From contig NIVC01000020.1 of assembly GCA_002269645.1 (NCBI GenBank), positions 1,302,001-1,366,000 of the forward strand: 64,000 nucleotides of DNA. The letters are read 5' to 3'. Origin of the DNA: Macrostomum lignano (taxonomy: Eukaryota). Below the pieces are notes generated by a model that had not been told where the DNA came from, did not search any database, and saw nothing but the letters and a program-made list of their open reading frames with translations. The position numbers and the translations under genes are program-made. Positions 50,206-63,300 of this stretch are shown in pieces (within the stretch, counting starts at the first letter, position 1; each line of letters begins with the position of its first letter).

Positions 50206-50848
50206 GTTATGCTACTTACTCTAAGTAGTACAGCTAGCAAAATAAACGGAACGCCAACACAGCTGCCTGCGCAGTTGAGTTATCGATGTATTAGAAACAC
50301 AATTAGCGTAACAGTAATTGTAATAATAAGGTAATAATTGTTATGCTGTGTATTCGGTGGGCTGCTGAATTTGCAGAACAGATGATGCGGATTGTTGGGG
50401 GGCTCAGGCAAAGCATTTCAACACCTATTTCGGCAGACAGACACTGGGGGGGAGGCTGGAGAAAGTGGGAAACTGCAGCAAGTGGGAGCCGCCGCGCACA
50501 AGAAATTCACAACAACACGAGAACGAAGAGAAGTAGCGGCTTGGGGAAACGCACAGGTGGCCACAATAAATGGATATAAAATACGCGGGGCTCCGAGCCG
50601 CCAATTGAATTGCATTCGCTGCTACCGGGGGGAGGGGGGACGCGGTGCCGCCTGAACACGCAAGAGTTAAAGTTAATGGCAATACAATAGCATCCCGACA
50701 GTCTGGCCGCATTGTGACAGTGCAGGGACAGACAATAAATAAACTGGGTTCACGGAGAGGACTAAAGACACGAGGGGACAACAGAGGCCTGGCAAATGCA
50801 CCGCTGCGAACACTGGAGGGGGGGGGTTCCGCATCACGAAGCAGCCGC

Positions 50849-53800
50849 TCAGTCCTCCATGGCGTCCTGAACCTCGTGCGGGTTGAGGATGCCGGGCACG
50901 GTGCACTGCTGGGCCAGCTTGGCCTCCTGGGCCCGCCGGATCTCCTCCTGCTGCTCCTCCAGGTACAGGTCGCTCAGGTCCTCGCCGGTGAACTCGCGAA
51001 TCTGCACCAGGAAGTCGCGCAGGTGCTCGCGGAATCGCTTCTGGTCGGCGTTGAACGAGAAGCAGCCCTGGACGAACACGGCGATCTGCGGCCGCTGCAG
51101 GTGCGGGTAGGCCTCCGACAGCAGCGCGCTGAGCGACTGCAGCACGAACTCGCTGTTGCTCACGCTGGCCTGCAGCTGCGTGTGCAGCCGGTCCCGCTCG
51201 CACAGGGAAAACATCAGGCACAGCACCGAGCTCACCTGCGAGCCAGGGGGGAGCTTGATGACTGGGATTTCCTGGGACTGTGGCTGGGATCTCCGGGGAG
51301 TGTGGCTGGGATCTCCTGGGATTGTGATTGGGATTTCCGGGGATTGTGGCTGGGATCTCCAAGAATCTCCGGGGATTGTGGCTGGGATCTCCGGGGAATG
51401 TGGCTGGGATCTCCGGGGAGTGTGGATGGGATCTTCGGGGATTGTGGCTGAGATCTCCTGGGATCTCCGAGGATTGTGGCTGGCATCTCCTGGGATCTCC
51501 GAGGATTGTGGCTGGGATCTCCTGGGATCTCCGAGGATTGTGGCTGGGATCTCCTGGGATCTCCGAGGATTGTGGCTGGGATCTCCTAGGATTGTGGCTG
51601 GGATCTCCTGGGATCTCCGAGGATTGTGGCTGGGATCTCCTGGGATCTCCGAGGATTGTGGCTGGGATCTCCTGGGATCTCCGAGGATTGTGGCTGGGAT
51701 CTCGTGGGAGTGGCTGGGCTCTCCGGGGATTTTCTGGTACTGTCGGAGTGGCTGGGATCTGGCGAGTTTCTGAGAGTGGCTGGCATCTCATGAACACCAG
51801 AAGTGAAAACCCTGCGGCAGCTCACCTGAGACAGCTGGCCGGCCTGCAGCGGGTCGGTGAGCACGGAGAACAGGTGCTGCAGCAGGCTCATGAAGAAGTT
51901 GGCGTGGAACTGGCCGGCAGCGGCCGGGTCCAGGCAGTCGACCTTCTGCAGCAGGCGGAGCACGATGCTGAGGCCGGTCTCGCTGACGGACCTCAAGCTG
52001 TGCCGCACGGCCCACAGCACGCTCTCCAGCACGATGCGCAGGCGGTCGGTGGGCAGGCGGATGAGGGTGGTGAAGCAGCTCTGAGTGACGGCCTCCAGAA
52101 GGGTGAACAGGTTCAGCCGGTGCTCCGGGAACTCGTGCTGGTCCTGGCTGAGCATCTCCAGGGTGCATTCGAACACGGCGTCCAGCATCGGGGGCACGTG
52201 CTGGCTGGCCTGCTCGCCCAGCTTGCTGACTATGGTGGCCAGCAGGGCCAGCACCTCCGGCTCCCTGCGGAGTGTCATGGGGATAATCATGAATTGATGC
52301 GCTTTATTGGCTTTCTAATTTTCTATTGACTATGGCGTCATCTGAGGACAGCGGGGTCGCGTGAGGACAGATAAGGACAGCGGGATCCCTAGAAGACATG
52401 AAAGCGGGGTCATATCAGGACGGATAAGGACAGCGGGATTCCTAGAAGACAGATGAAAGCGGGGTCATATCAGGACAGATAAGGACAGCGGGATTCCTAG
52501 AAGACAGATGAAAGCGGGGTCATATCAGGACAGACAAGGACAGCAGGATTCCTAGAAGACATGAAAGCGGGGTCATATCAGGACAGATGAGGACACCCGG
52601 GGTCACTTGAGCACAGTGAGATCCCTAGAGAACAGTGGGGCCACCAAATGGAGTCCAGCAGCGCCATACCTGGCAGAGGCGACATTCCGCTGGTAGTCGA
52701 GAAGCACGGCCTCGCACAGGGGCGGCACGAACTTGTCGGACACCAGGGCCGGGTCAGTGCTGCGGCCGACCCAGCAGTCGAGCAGTCGCAGCGTCTCCTT
52801 CTTGACGCCGCGCATCGCCCGGATCAGCGGCTGCTTGGCCACCAGTTCGCCGTGCGCGACCACCGCCTTGCTGATGTCCTCGCTGAGCAGTTTGTACAGG
52901 CTGAGCATGTCCATGAAGTTGCGGCCGAGCTGGCGCACGTAGGGGTGGCCGAGGCTGCGGCAGGCGCTGACGTTGGTGCGCAGCAGGACGGAGAGCTGGC
53001 GCACCGTGTCCGGCTCCTGAAGGCTTTCCACGTTCTGTGCAGCCATCTGAATGATGCCGTCCCAGACCTGCGGCAAAGGGGGAGGTGAAACTTTAAAATT
53101 AGATTTCCAGAATGAAGAACCGGTTGCTATGGTAACAGAATTAGATTTCCAGAATGAAGAACCGGTTGCTATGGTAACAGAATTAGATTTCCAGAATGAA
53201 GAACCGGTTGCTATGGTAACAGGTTATTACCAGAATGAGAAAAACCGGTTGCTATGGTAACAGAATTCGATTTTCAGAATAAGAAAAACCGTTTCTAGGG
53301 CATATGCTTCCAGGAAAATAAGCGGTTGCTATGACATCTTTGATTCCAGTGAAACAGCGGCATGGCTGAGCAGTCGCACCTGGTTAGGCAGGCAGAACAG
53401 CTGCTCAATCATGATGTCCTGCTGCTGCCTGTCCGGCTGAGCCCCGATCATCATGCCCAGGGCCTCGTAGAATGTGTGCACCTGGGCCGGCTGCAGGTCG
53501 CAGATGATGGAGCTCAGGTTGCACAGAATCTCTTCAACAAAGGGAGTCACCTCGCCGGCCTGCAGCTGCACGAACTGGCGCCGGCACTTGTTGGCGATCT
53601 TGATGAACGTGTCACAGGCCATGTCCTGGCGGGGTGGGGAGGGATTAGCTGTGGGATATAATCTATCACTGGGATTAGCTGTGGGATATAATCGACCACT
53701 GGGATTAGCTGTGGGATATAATCTACCACTGGGATTAGCTGTAAGCTGTGGGATATGATCTATCACTGGGATTAGCTGTGGGATATAATCTATCACTGGG

Positions 53801-56800
53801 ATTAGCTGTGGGATATAATCTACCACTGGGATTAGCTGTGGGATATAATCTACCACTGGGATTAGCTGTGGGATATAATCTACCACTGGGATTAGCTGTG
53901 GGATATAATCTACCACTGGGATTAGCTGTGGGATATAATCTACCACTGGGATTAGCTGTGGGATATAATATACCACTGGGATTAGCTGTGGGATATAATC
54001 TACCACTGGGATTAGCTGTGGGATATAATCTACCACTGGGATTAGCTGTGGGATATGATCTATCACTGGGATTAGCTGTGGGATATTTTTGGGGATTACC
54101 AGTGGGACAATCTTGTACTGGGACTAACAGATGAAAAATCTTGCTCTGGAAAGCATTCGAGTCTCACCTGAACCCCCTCGTGGGTCTCGTGCATGAACTC
54201 GAACAGCTTGTTCACGACAGTCTTGAGGAAGCGCCAGTGCGCTCGCAGGAAGCGGGGATACTGCCCGACCACGTACATGATGTTGGCAGCCACAATTGCT
54301 TTGTTGTCCTTGCCCTGCAACAGTTTTTAAGCAGATTTGTTGTAGTTTAAAATCCAGGAAAAATGCCCCGACCGCCCAGATACATGATAGACACACTGGA
54401 CTGCCATGGGTGCACCACAGCAGAACCCCAGCCCCAAGGCCTCTAATTTTAACCCAGTCTGCAGAGGGGCTCAGGGCGCTGCCTGCCTGCCTACCTCTGT
54501 CTTGGGGTCCGGGCCTCATGGGATCGAACCGCCTGAGCCCCAAACGGGCTCAGCTGCCGCCGCCCCAAGGCCTCACCTGCTTGTGCTCGCACAGACCCAG
54601 CAGCTCCCGGATGACCACCACGATGAAGCGCCGCTCGTCGTCCTCGTTCATGGCACCTGAGATGGAGCCCACGGCCCAGCACAGGGTGCTGAGGTTCTTC
54701 CAGGACCACTCGGACCCGTCAACCTGGCGGAGCAGCTTCTCGGTGATGACGCGCTCAGTCTCCACCGGGTCCAGGTGAGTCAGGTACACCAGGGTCTCCC
54801 GCATGCTCTTGTACAGCGCCACGCTGTCCGTGTCCTTCATGAACTCGCGCACCACCTCGCCCTGCTCGTTCTCCACCACCAGCACCTCCTCGGGCTTGGC
54901 CATGCGGCTGATCATGATGCGGCGGAGGCTGGACAGCACCGGCCAGTACACCCGCCGCCTGTCCGGCCGGCCGACCTCGGGCAGGACGCTGACGAACGGG
55001 TTCTCCCGGTACAGCTCGGTGCACAGCGAGTTCCAGTACTCCAGACAGATCTTAAAGATCTCAACCTCGTCAACCTCAGAGATCAGCACCAGGTAGGTCA
55101 GCGCGTCTGAGAAGTGGCCCTGAGGGTAATAAATGTTTTATTTGCATGAGGTTCACTTCACATACACTCCTGCCTACTATGAGAAGGATGACTGCAGTGA
55201 AAATATAATTGCTTTAAATGAACTAGATTAAGCTGCCCTAATTAAAACCCTAATCCTAACCCTGATCTGACGGTCCTGGCGCCTAGGGAACATGATCTCT
55301 GAGTCATTGATGCCCAGGGAACATGATCTGTGAGTCCCTGGTGCCTAGGGAAAATGATCTGTGAGTCCCTGATGCCTAGGGAACATGATCTGTGGGTCCC
55401 TGGTGCCTAGGGAACATGATCTGTGGGTCCCTGGTGCCTAGGGAACATGATCTGTGGGTCCCTGGTGCCCAGGGAACATGATCTCTGGGTCCCTGGTGCC
55501 TAGGGAACATGATCTGTGAGTCCTGGTGCCTAGGGAACATGATCTGTGAGTCCCTGATGCCTAGGGAACATGAAGCCATTGCGGGTCCCAGATGCCTAGG
55601 GAACATGAAGCCATTGCGGGTCTCAGATGCCTATGGAACATGAAGCCATTGCGGGTCTCAGATGCCTAGGGAACATGAAGCCATTGCGGGTCTCAGATGC
55701 CTAGGGAACATGAAGCCATTGCGGGTCTCAGATGCCTAGGGAACATGAAGCCATTGCAGGTCCCCGCCAACCTGCAGAGCGGAACTGGTCTCCACCAGAG
55801 AGGCGTGCTCCCTCAGGAAGGTGCAGTAGAAGAGGCTGAGGTTCTGGATGAAGTTCTGCTCGTCATCCCGGCCGCGCTGGTAGGCTTCCCGGATGTTGGT
55901 GCTGATGGGCAGCATCTCCTTGAGCCTCTCGGTGGTGAGGCAGAACAGCTGCACGAACTGGTCATTGTACTCGCTGGTCTGGACTCCCGCGATCTCGGTG
56001 AGGCACTTGAGCGTCACGTTGCGGAACATGGGCACGTTGAGGAACTTGTGCACCAGGGTGGCGATGAGCTTGGTCTGGAACAGGTAGCCCAGCGGGATCC
56101 AGTGCGTGAACTTCAGCAGAGTCTCCAGTGTGGCCGCCACCAGGGGCGCGTTCTGCGAATTGTCCAGCACGTGCTGGCACAGCTGGAAGATCAGGGAGAA
56201 CTCGGCGCACATGTTGTCCTTGAGGTGGCGAGCCTTCACCTGGGTGAGCTGGCCAGAGTTGAATTCGAATACTTCCTCGCTGAGCAGCTTGAGGATGACC
56301 ATGTTGTTCTGGCACAGCGACTCGTTCGACTTGCTGCTGCCGACGATGTCGCTGATGAAGCTGGGCCAGTTCTTCGGCCACTCGTGCTTGAGAATCTGCA
56401 CCAGGATCATGTTGAGCTTGCCCAGGTACACCTTCTCGCTCTCCAGCATTTGCGGATTGGAGGAAGTCTTAATCACCAAGCCGACAATGTAGCGCTTGAT
56501 GCCCTCGCACTGCTCCCTGGGCAGAACCTTCCAGCGGGTCTTGATGAGGTTCTCCAGAATCTGCAGCGCGTAATACTTGCTCTGCTGGTTGCCGCTGTAC
56601 TCCAGAATTGAGTCCACCCGGGTCCAGGCGTCTGGGTGCTCCTTGAGGGTGGTGAGCACCTGCTGCGCCATCTGCTGCTGGCTGCCGGTGCTGCTGTACA
56701 TGAGGGTGACAACGGAGTCCAGCAGGCCGATGTCCAGCTTGTGATTGAAGTCCAGCAGTTTGGCCACTTTTTCTTCGGAAATTGCATCCATGACTACTGG

Positions 56801-56806
56801 CGGCAT
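50849..56806 (-). CDS. XPO1: Exportin-1 / CRM1 (about 1064 aa); exons 56806-55772, 55119-54577, 54314-54168, 53625-53380, 53067-52670, 52264-51826, 51235-50849
   Basis: [69 protein letters not shown] (leptomycin-B target Cys present), [46 protein letters not shown]. All six introns are GT-AG and phase-compatible. Confidence 0.97.
51262..51715. repeat. Minisatellite (GGGATCTCCGAGGATTGTGGCTGGGATCTCCT variants) in XPO1 intron 6
   Basis: Tandem variable units. Confidence 0.9.
52340..52600. repeat. About 60-bp tandem repeat x4 in XPO1 intron 5
   Basis: GGACAGCGGGATTCCTAGAAGACAGATGAAAGCGGGGTCATATCAGGACAGATAA units. Confidence 0.85.
53095..53295. repeat. 42-bp tandem repeat in XPO1 intron 4
   Basis: AATTAGATTTCCAGAATGAAGAACCGGTTGCTATGGTAACAG x3 plus degenerate copies. 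Confidence 0.88.
53640..54090. repeat. 30-bp minisatellite (GGGATTAGCTGTGGGATATAATCTACCACT)n in XPO1 intron 3
   Basis: About 14 units. Confidence 0.93.
55285..55758. repeat. Composite 31-bp / 35-bp minisatellite sharing CCTAGGGAACATGA in XPO1 intron 1
   Basis: 31-bp units at about 55285-55570 switch to 35-bp units at about 55570-55758. Confidence 0.9.
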
Positions 56807-57967
56807 TTGCAGGTGTGCGCATTCACTGCAGTGTCAGATTATTTCTGTATTATAGATTAGCAACCATGGCAGTGCCAGAGCAAGTTTAGCATTTCTATGA
56901 CTAAGTTATGTATGCAGAATTTTTTGGACAATATATATGTATATAGATATGGTTATTACAGGAATGCATATTTACTAGTAATATTGGAGCCAATGGACCA
57001 TTGGAGCCCTTAATTTAATAGGTGGGGGGAGATAGAATAGGAGAAATGAATGAATGCTGCCTGCCACTGTCATAGCTTTTGTGAGTGAGTTCTTAAGTCT
57101 CTAGGGTTGGAGACTAAGCAAAAAAATTTACTCCATGTGCACATGGCATAGATGTGATAAGGCAAAAATTAGGAAAATATTTTCACTTACAATGCAAAGG
57201 GGCCTTAGGAAATTCTTAAGTCCCCAGGACCAATGAATAACAAGAAACAGTTTTTCAGACTATATGCACATTGTATGGTTGGGATAGTAGGGGCTAAAGA
57301 CTAAAGTTAAGATTAATGCAATCCTAGCCATTCTTTTTATATAATAAATGAGACCTAATGAGGCTAAAGTATTGTTATCACTCTTTACTTTATCATTATA
57401 TCATAGTGAATGATAGAACTATTGCCATTGAATGAACATTATTAAAAGTTATAAGAAGGTATATGAATTTAGTTAGCTATTTGGCTAAAATCAATTGCAC
57501 ACATACATATATATATACAATACAGATAGACAACTCATTTTTAGTTTAGTTAGCTATGAATATTAATATGCCTAATAGATAAGCTATAGAAAAATTAAAT
57601 ATGACTATGATAAAAATTTAATAATAAATTTCAAATAATTACAAATTAAAAAAATTAAAATTTTAACTTTAATAAATAATAATTTGAATTAAAAATAAAA
57701 ATAAAAATTTGAATATTTCTAATTGAATAATAAAGAATTGAAGGTGAATTCTTTAAATCTAGATTTTTATTATCTTAGCATAACTTTTTTTGAAAATTCA
57801 ATTCAATCAAAGTTACGGGGGGTATCCCAAAAGTCAGTGCACTTTCTTTACTACAGCCTTTTCTGACCAATCAGAAATATTAAGTCTGTTGCAGTTGAAA
57901 AGAGACTTATCTGCCCATTACAACAACTTTCTGTTTATTTCTGTATCTGCTGGCATTATTGAGATAT

Positions 57968-58246
57968 CCTGATTGCAGCGCATGGGCATTTTGGCGGACG
58001 GCGTCCGGCGCGGATCTAATACGGCGCGGCGCAGCGCGTACGGCAAGCGGCGATTAGTACGGCGCGGCGCGGTACTAATTAGATGCCGAGGCATTTAGGC
58101 TTGATAAGACAGTCATAGTTACTCCTGCCGTTTACCCAAAACTGCGTTAATTTTGCTTTAGGGTTTCTTTCACAGGTATGTCATTTCACAGCGTGGCGCA
58201 GGTTGTGTAGGCGTCTGGCGTACTTAAGCCATGCGCTGCAATAGGG
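57968..58246. mobile_element. 279-bp MITE (TIR CC[TG/CT]ATTGCAGCGCATGG, 8-bp TSD TGAGATAT) nested in the mariner left arm, carrying a 28S-like core (element C)
   Basis: TGAGATAT at 57960-57967 and 58247-58254. The uninterrupted right mariner arm has a single copy of that site, confirming the insertion boundaries. Confidence 0.88.
58073..58137 (-). other. 28S rRNA-derived 65-nt segment, copy C
   Basis: Reverse complement GGGTAAACGGCAGGAGTAACTATGAC-tgtcttatcaagcct-AAATGCCTCGGCATCTAATTAGTA; 25/26 and 22/24 identity to the canonical 28S blocks. Confidence 0.88.
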
Positions 58247-60195
58247 TGAGATATGAGCACTTTTCTGCCCTACACCCTGTGCTACTTTTACAAATTGCCA
58301 TAGACCAAAGCTTTGCACCTGATGCATGAAACAATGAAACATTCAACCAATCAACAAAACATCCGCAACATGAAAGCTGAGGAAAGAACAGTTAAAAGTT
58401 AATCATCAACATTGTCTTGAGGCTTCTCCACATAGTCACCACTGCGCTGCACACTTCTGCCATCGGCTGTGCATGTCAACAACGCACATCCCACACGGCC
58501 AAGAAACTGGAGAAGACAATTGAGCAGGCAAATTTTGAGCTGCTCTCACTGCCACCCTACTCTCCAGATTTGTCAACAGCTGACTTTGCCTTCTTTCCAA
58601 AGAGGAAGAAACTGCTGCATGGACAAATCTTTGCTTGTCATAGGATTGACTTGAAGCATTGACTCGCCAAGTTCTCCTTCATGAGATGCCGTGCTCAGAT
58701 TTTGCTGATTGACAACATTGACGACATGCATAGCCGATGGCAGAAGTGTGTAGCGCACCCAGTGGTGACTATATGGAGAAGCCTCAGGACAATGTTGATT
58801 AACTTTTGACTGTTCTTTCCTCAGCTTTCATGTTGCGGATGTTTTGTTGATTCGTTGAATGTTTTGTTGTTTTGTGCATCAGGTACTAAGCTTTGGCCTA
58901 TGGCAATTTGTAAAAGTAGCACAGGGTGTGGGGCAGAAAAGTGCTCATATCTCAAGAATGCCAGCAGATACAGAAATAAACAGAAAGTCATTTTAACAGG
59001 CAGATAAGTCTCTTCTCAACTGCAACAGACTTAATATTTCTGATTGGTCAGAAAAGGCTATAATGAAGAGAGTGCACCAACTTTTGGGACACCCCTTGTA
59101 AAAAAACACAAAAAATATATAATTGAAAAATAAAAACTATATGCTGATTGAACTAAACTCTACCATGCTATAGATGCTATAGAAGGAAAAAGGTTTTCTT
59201 TCCCTTTTCTTTAGTAGTATACTAAGGGCCAAGGCAATAATATTCCTTTATTTTCTCTTATATACTCGTATTTTATACAATTTAAAGAATAGGAAATTAT
59301 ACTAAGCAACATTGAAAATTTGCCATTCTATATGCTAGTGAGCATTTTTTCTTGGACTATTCTGAAATAAAAGATATGATAAAACTGATCAGGATAGCTC
59401 AAATATATCCAGCCCTTGTATACTGCTCCTTCTACTAAATTCCTCAACTCAAGTCTGCTGAAGTGTCACAAAGTTATGTCACTTGCAAAGATTGAGAGAT
59501 TTTATTTGCTCTCTCAAAAGCGGCAACTACAGATAGCAACTTTTCAATGTTATTGAGTAAAGATTTATAAATTTTAAAGGCAATAGAAGCTAGATGGTCT
59601 CTCTTAGTTTAAAAAAAACTATAACCATTTAAAAGAATTAAATGTTAGTTTAATTAAAATGCAATACACATTTTTTGCATATATTTTTAAAAAGCTTTTT
59701 TAAATTTAATTTTTGTCTTAAATAACAATTAAAAACTAATAAATAATGTGGACTAAGTGGTTCAACAATTAACTAATAAATTAGCAAACTATTTTTGCTA
59801 AAGTAACTATATGACCTTTTTGGACTTATTTCTATATAGATCTAGGAGACAAATAGACCATGAACCATGGCCACCTTAGCTAAAGCCAAAAATTATTGTT
59901 ATATAATTTTGCTATTTCAATATTTTGATCTATTATATTTATAATTTTGATATCTTAGCTTATCTTTTCAAATTTTAGACCAACTTAGAAGTTTTTAAAT
60001 TAAAAGTTAAAATAATATTTCTAGTTTAAATAAATTTGCAATCATAATAATTTTCAATTCTAATATATAATTTATATTTTTAATGGTTTTTAAGAAATCA
60101 ATTAATGCTCAAGTTTTAACTTAACTTAGTTTTGCTTTTGGAGCTTTAGAAATAATAATAATAAAAATTATACAACTACTTAGCCTTAATAGAGC

Positions 60196-60389
60196 TATAT
60201 ATACAAACATGCTTGGTCACAACCTAGGGATTCACCTGGCCATTTCTATTGACAACACACATAGGTAAGTTGCTATTGGACAGAATAGTAGTCATGTGAC
60301 TGCTCTTAGCCAATAGTGACTTACATATATGTGTTGCCAATAGAAATAGCTGAGTGATTCCCAAGGTTGCGCATGTATATATACAAACA
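60196..60389. mobile_element. About 180-bp imperfect palindrome (MITE-like) flanked by the direct repeat TATATATACAAACA
   Basis: ACAACCTAGGGATTCAC...ATTTCTATTGACAACAC...GTAAGT.GCTATTGG pairs with CCAATAGTGACTTAC...GTGTTGCCAATAGAAAT...GTGATTCCCAAGGTTG. Confidence 0.6.
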
Positions 60390-63300
60390 ACAATAGCTTA
60401 GGCCTAGCTATAACTAATGTTCTATTAGACTGGTTGTTAAATAACAATAAAATTCAACCAACCCTACAAATTGTGAGCCCCCATACAAAGGGTCATAAAA
60501 CTCCTTTAGCTTTAATGTGAATATATTAGGGCCTAGAGATGGAACAAATATTTGGTATTTGTATTCGGAAAGTTGGTTATTTTTTGCTATTTGTTTTGTT
60601 CTTGGATTTGTTTCAAGTTTTAACAAATACAAAATAAAACAAGAGCAAGTGCAATATTTTAAATGAGCAAGTTTGTATAGGAAGCAGTATTTTTATCATA
60701 GTTCAAAGCTTAGATATGATACCACTTGGTTTGCTGTCTATATGCAATGCAGTATGGTACCTTTGCTTTCATGCCTGCTTGCTTCCCTATCTTCACTTTC
60801 ATGCTTATCTGCTTGGCTAGCAAGATTTGTCTGATTTGATAGCTTTTGCTATTGTATCATTGTTATGCCAAAGACTATAGCCCAAAAGAAAATGTATTAT
60901 TGCAGTTCTAGCAAATTGTAAAATGTGGGAAAGATTTACTCAAGCCAGTATTCTCAAAGCTTAGCAGATTTTATATAGGTATAAATAATTTGTATGCAAT
61001 AATACATGTAATTAAGCAAACTGTATAGGCACAGTCTTCCTCCAATGTGCAAGTTATTTTTATAAGATTATTAGCACAAGAACTTAGTCCAATAGGTGCA
61101 AAAGTTTTGCATTATTGACTGCTTTGTGTTGAACTACCAACCAATCCAATTGGTTATATTTTTTATTCAATATTTGGTATTCATTATTTGGCAAGTTTGT
61201 ATCCAAATATTTGGTAATCAGATCCAGTAAAATCTGATATTCATTCTATCTTTAGAACATATATCTTATACTATATATTCCAGGTTTTCTTTTTTGCCAG
61301 AGACAAGGTATAAAATCGCACCCTATGTTCACTTTCATGTTGCAATTTTAAGGCTCAAAGTGCAATTTCTCTTTTCTTATTTTAAGGCAGTGCGAATGAG
61401 GCTTTAATAGAAAAATAGGTTATGAGACTGCACCTAAACCGCACAAATGTTTCAATTTTAGGGTGCAATTTTAAAATTTAAAGTGCATACACATACTCTG
61501 CGCACAAAAAATAAACCCAGTGTATATTGGCCATGGGGAGGCCTTGAAATGGTTAAACTAAACAATTAAATTTAGAAACAGACCACCTATTAAAAGCAAT
61601 AAAATTGTTTTTTAAATATTTGACCCATTTCCCATTTAAATTTTTTATCAAAACAAAAAGCACAAAATTAGTATATAGATTTCAATGTGACCTTTATAAG
61701 TTTATCTTTTTTCCATTAGGCCTAGGTATTTGAGGTAGGCCTACTTGTATTGTGTATTCTAGTTCTATTTTCTAATGCATTTAATTTGTGATTTCTATAA
61801 AGGTATCTTTAATCAATACTTTCAATTCAATAATATGTTCTTTGGCAAATTACAAAAGATATTAATTATTAAAGTTATAAATCAAGCATATTATATAGGC
61901 TACTACTGTTTGAAAATTGTTATGGTTACTTAGTCTAAAACTAAGGAGTAAGGCATTGGGGGTTTTCTATATATTTTCAATATTCTTAGCTAAACTTAGG
62001 TCTAGTCCCTTTTTATAGCTAGGTGAAATAAAACAATAAAGAGTCAAATATCTTATTCAAGGATATAGGCCTACAACTTGTTATAAATGGGTTAAGAATC
62101 AAATCCCAACTTTTCAATTGAGTCCAATATTCTTACTAGGGCTAAGCCTACCATTTTAATTAAAAATAAGTGAAATAAACAAGACAATAATTCAGTCATA
62201 GGCCTACCATAACAAAAGACCCTACTATGAGTTTTAGACCTAAAAACAAAAACATCATTCCTGGTGGTGGTTACAATGTAATCTAACATTAATAGTTCTG
62301 TCAATTTAACATTCAAATAAGCAAGTCTAAGCAGGAACAGGCTAGGTCTAGCTCCAAGTGCAATGTATGTACTAGTGCATCATACAGCATAGGTCTTTGT
62401 GACCAAATATTTTTTATTTACTTTCGTCTCACTAACTCATTATGTCGATGGACTTATTCAAGTTATTGTTATATTTGTAGATTTGTAATTAGGGACATTT
62501 AGTTTTGGGTTTTATTCAGCATATTAATTGGGGTAGGCTTATTGTTAAAAGATAGGCTTACGCTTAACTTCTGAGCTTAGTAATGGTCAAATGTCTAGTT
62601 AAAACCAGTTCAGTAGGAAAACTCCGTAGCCTTCGTTACTTCGCAACATCGGGATGTTCTCAAGGCCATGTTTATTTATAGATTTACCACCTTCATAGAC
62701 TTTAATGTTTTATTTACTGAAAATTTATAGGATATTTCAATCTTATTTTACATAACTATATCCGGTCTTGGCCCCATTCTTTAATATTTATCGTATCCGC
62801 TTGTTTTAAACGGTAAAATAGGCCAGAAGTCACATGACCTAATGAGAATATTGAAACTTTGGGAATTACAAAAATTCTTAAAATAGCACAATTAGATTAG
62901 ATAACGCTGGCTTTTTCCTTTAGCTGGAAATACACTTAAATGAATGAATTGATTAAAAGCAATATTCAAAGCAATTAAATTCACGTCGCCAAGTTCTATC
63001 TTGTATATAAGGACTAAGGCTGAAGTAGGGCCCGGTACGGAAGACCCGAAAATGAATTAGCCGTTGAGCTAGCCGTGACTAAGCAAAATTTTTAATGTGA
63101 ATTCACCCCGTAATTATACATTCGTGGCTGTGGTGCCATTTGTACGAGTCTATTTCTTTTCCTTCTACTGCGACGGCGGATTAATACATGTAATAATAAA
63201 TCTAAAAATATACAGTAGTATACATGTATATAGTAGGCAGATTTTCAGCTTGCACTTTAGCGCGTCACATTTTAACCAACTGTAAGCTTTATAGGGTCTC

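Larger units (their letters stand above)
57816..59098. mobile_element. Mariner-derived palindromic element (TA TSD, about 375-bp inverted arms)
   Basis: Termini CGGGGGGTATCCCAAAAGT and ACTTTTGGGACACCCCTTG, each flanked by TA. Central remnant with HVNNA.., PPYSPDLSTADFAFFPKRKKLLHG and, in the right arm, MHSRWQKCVAH..GDYMEK (mariner catalytic and C-terminal motifs). Confidence 0.88.
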
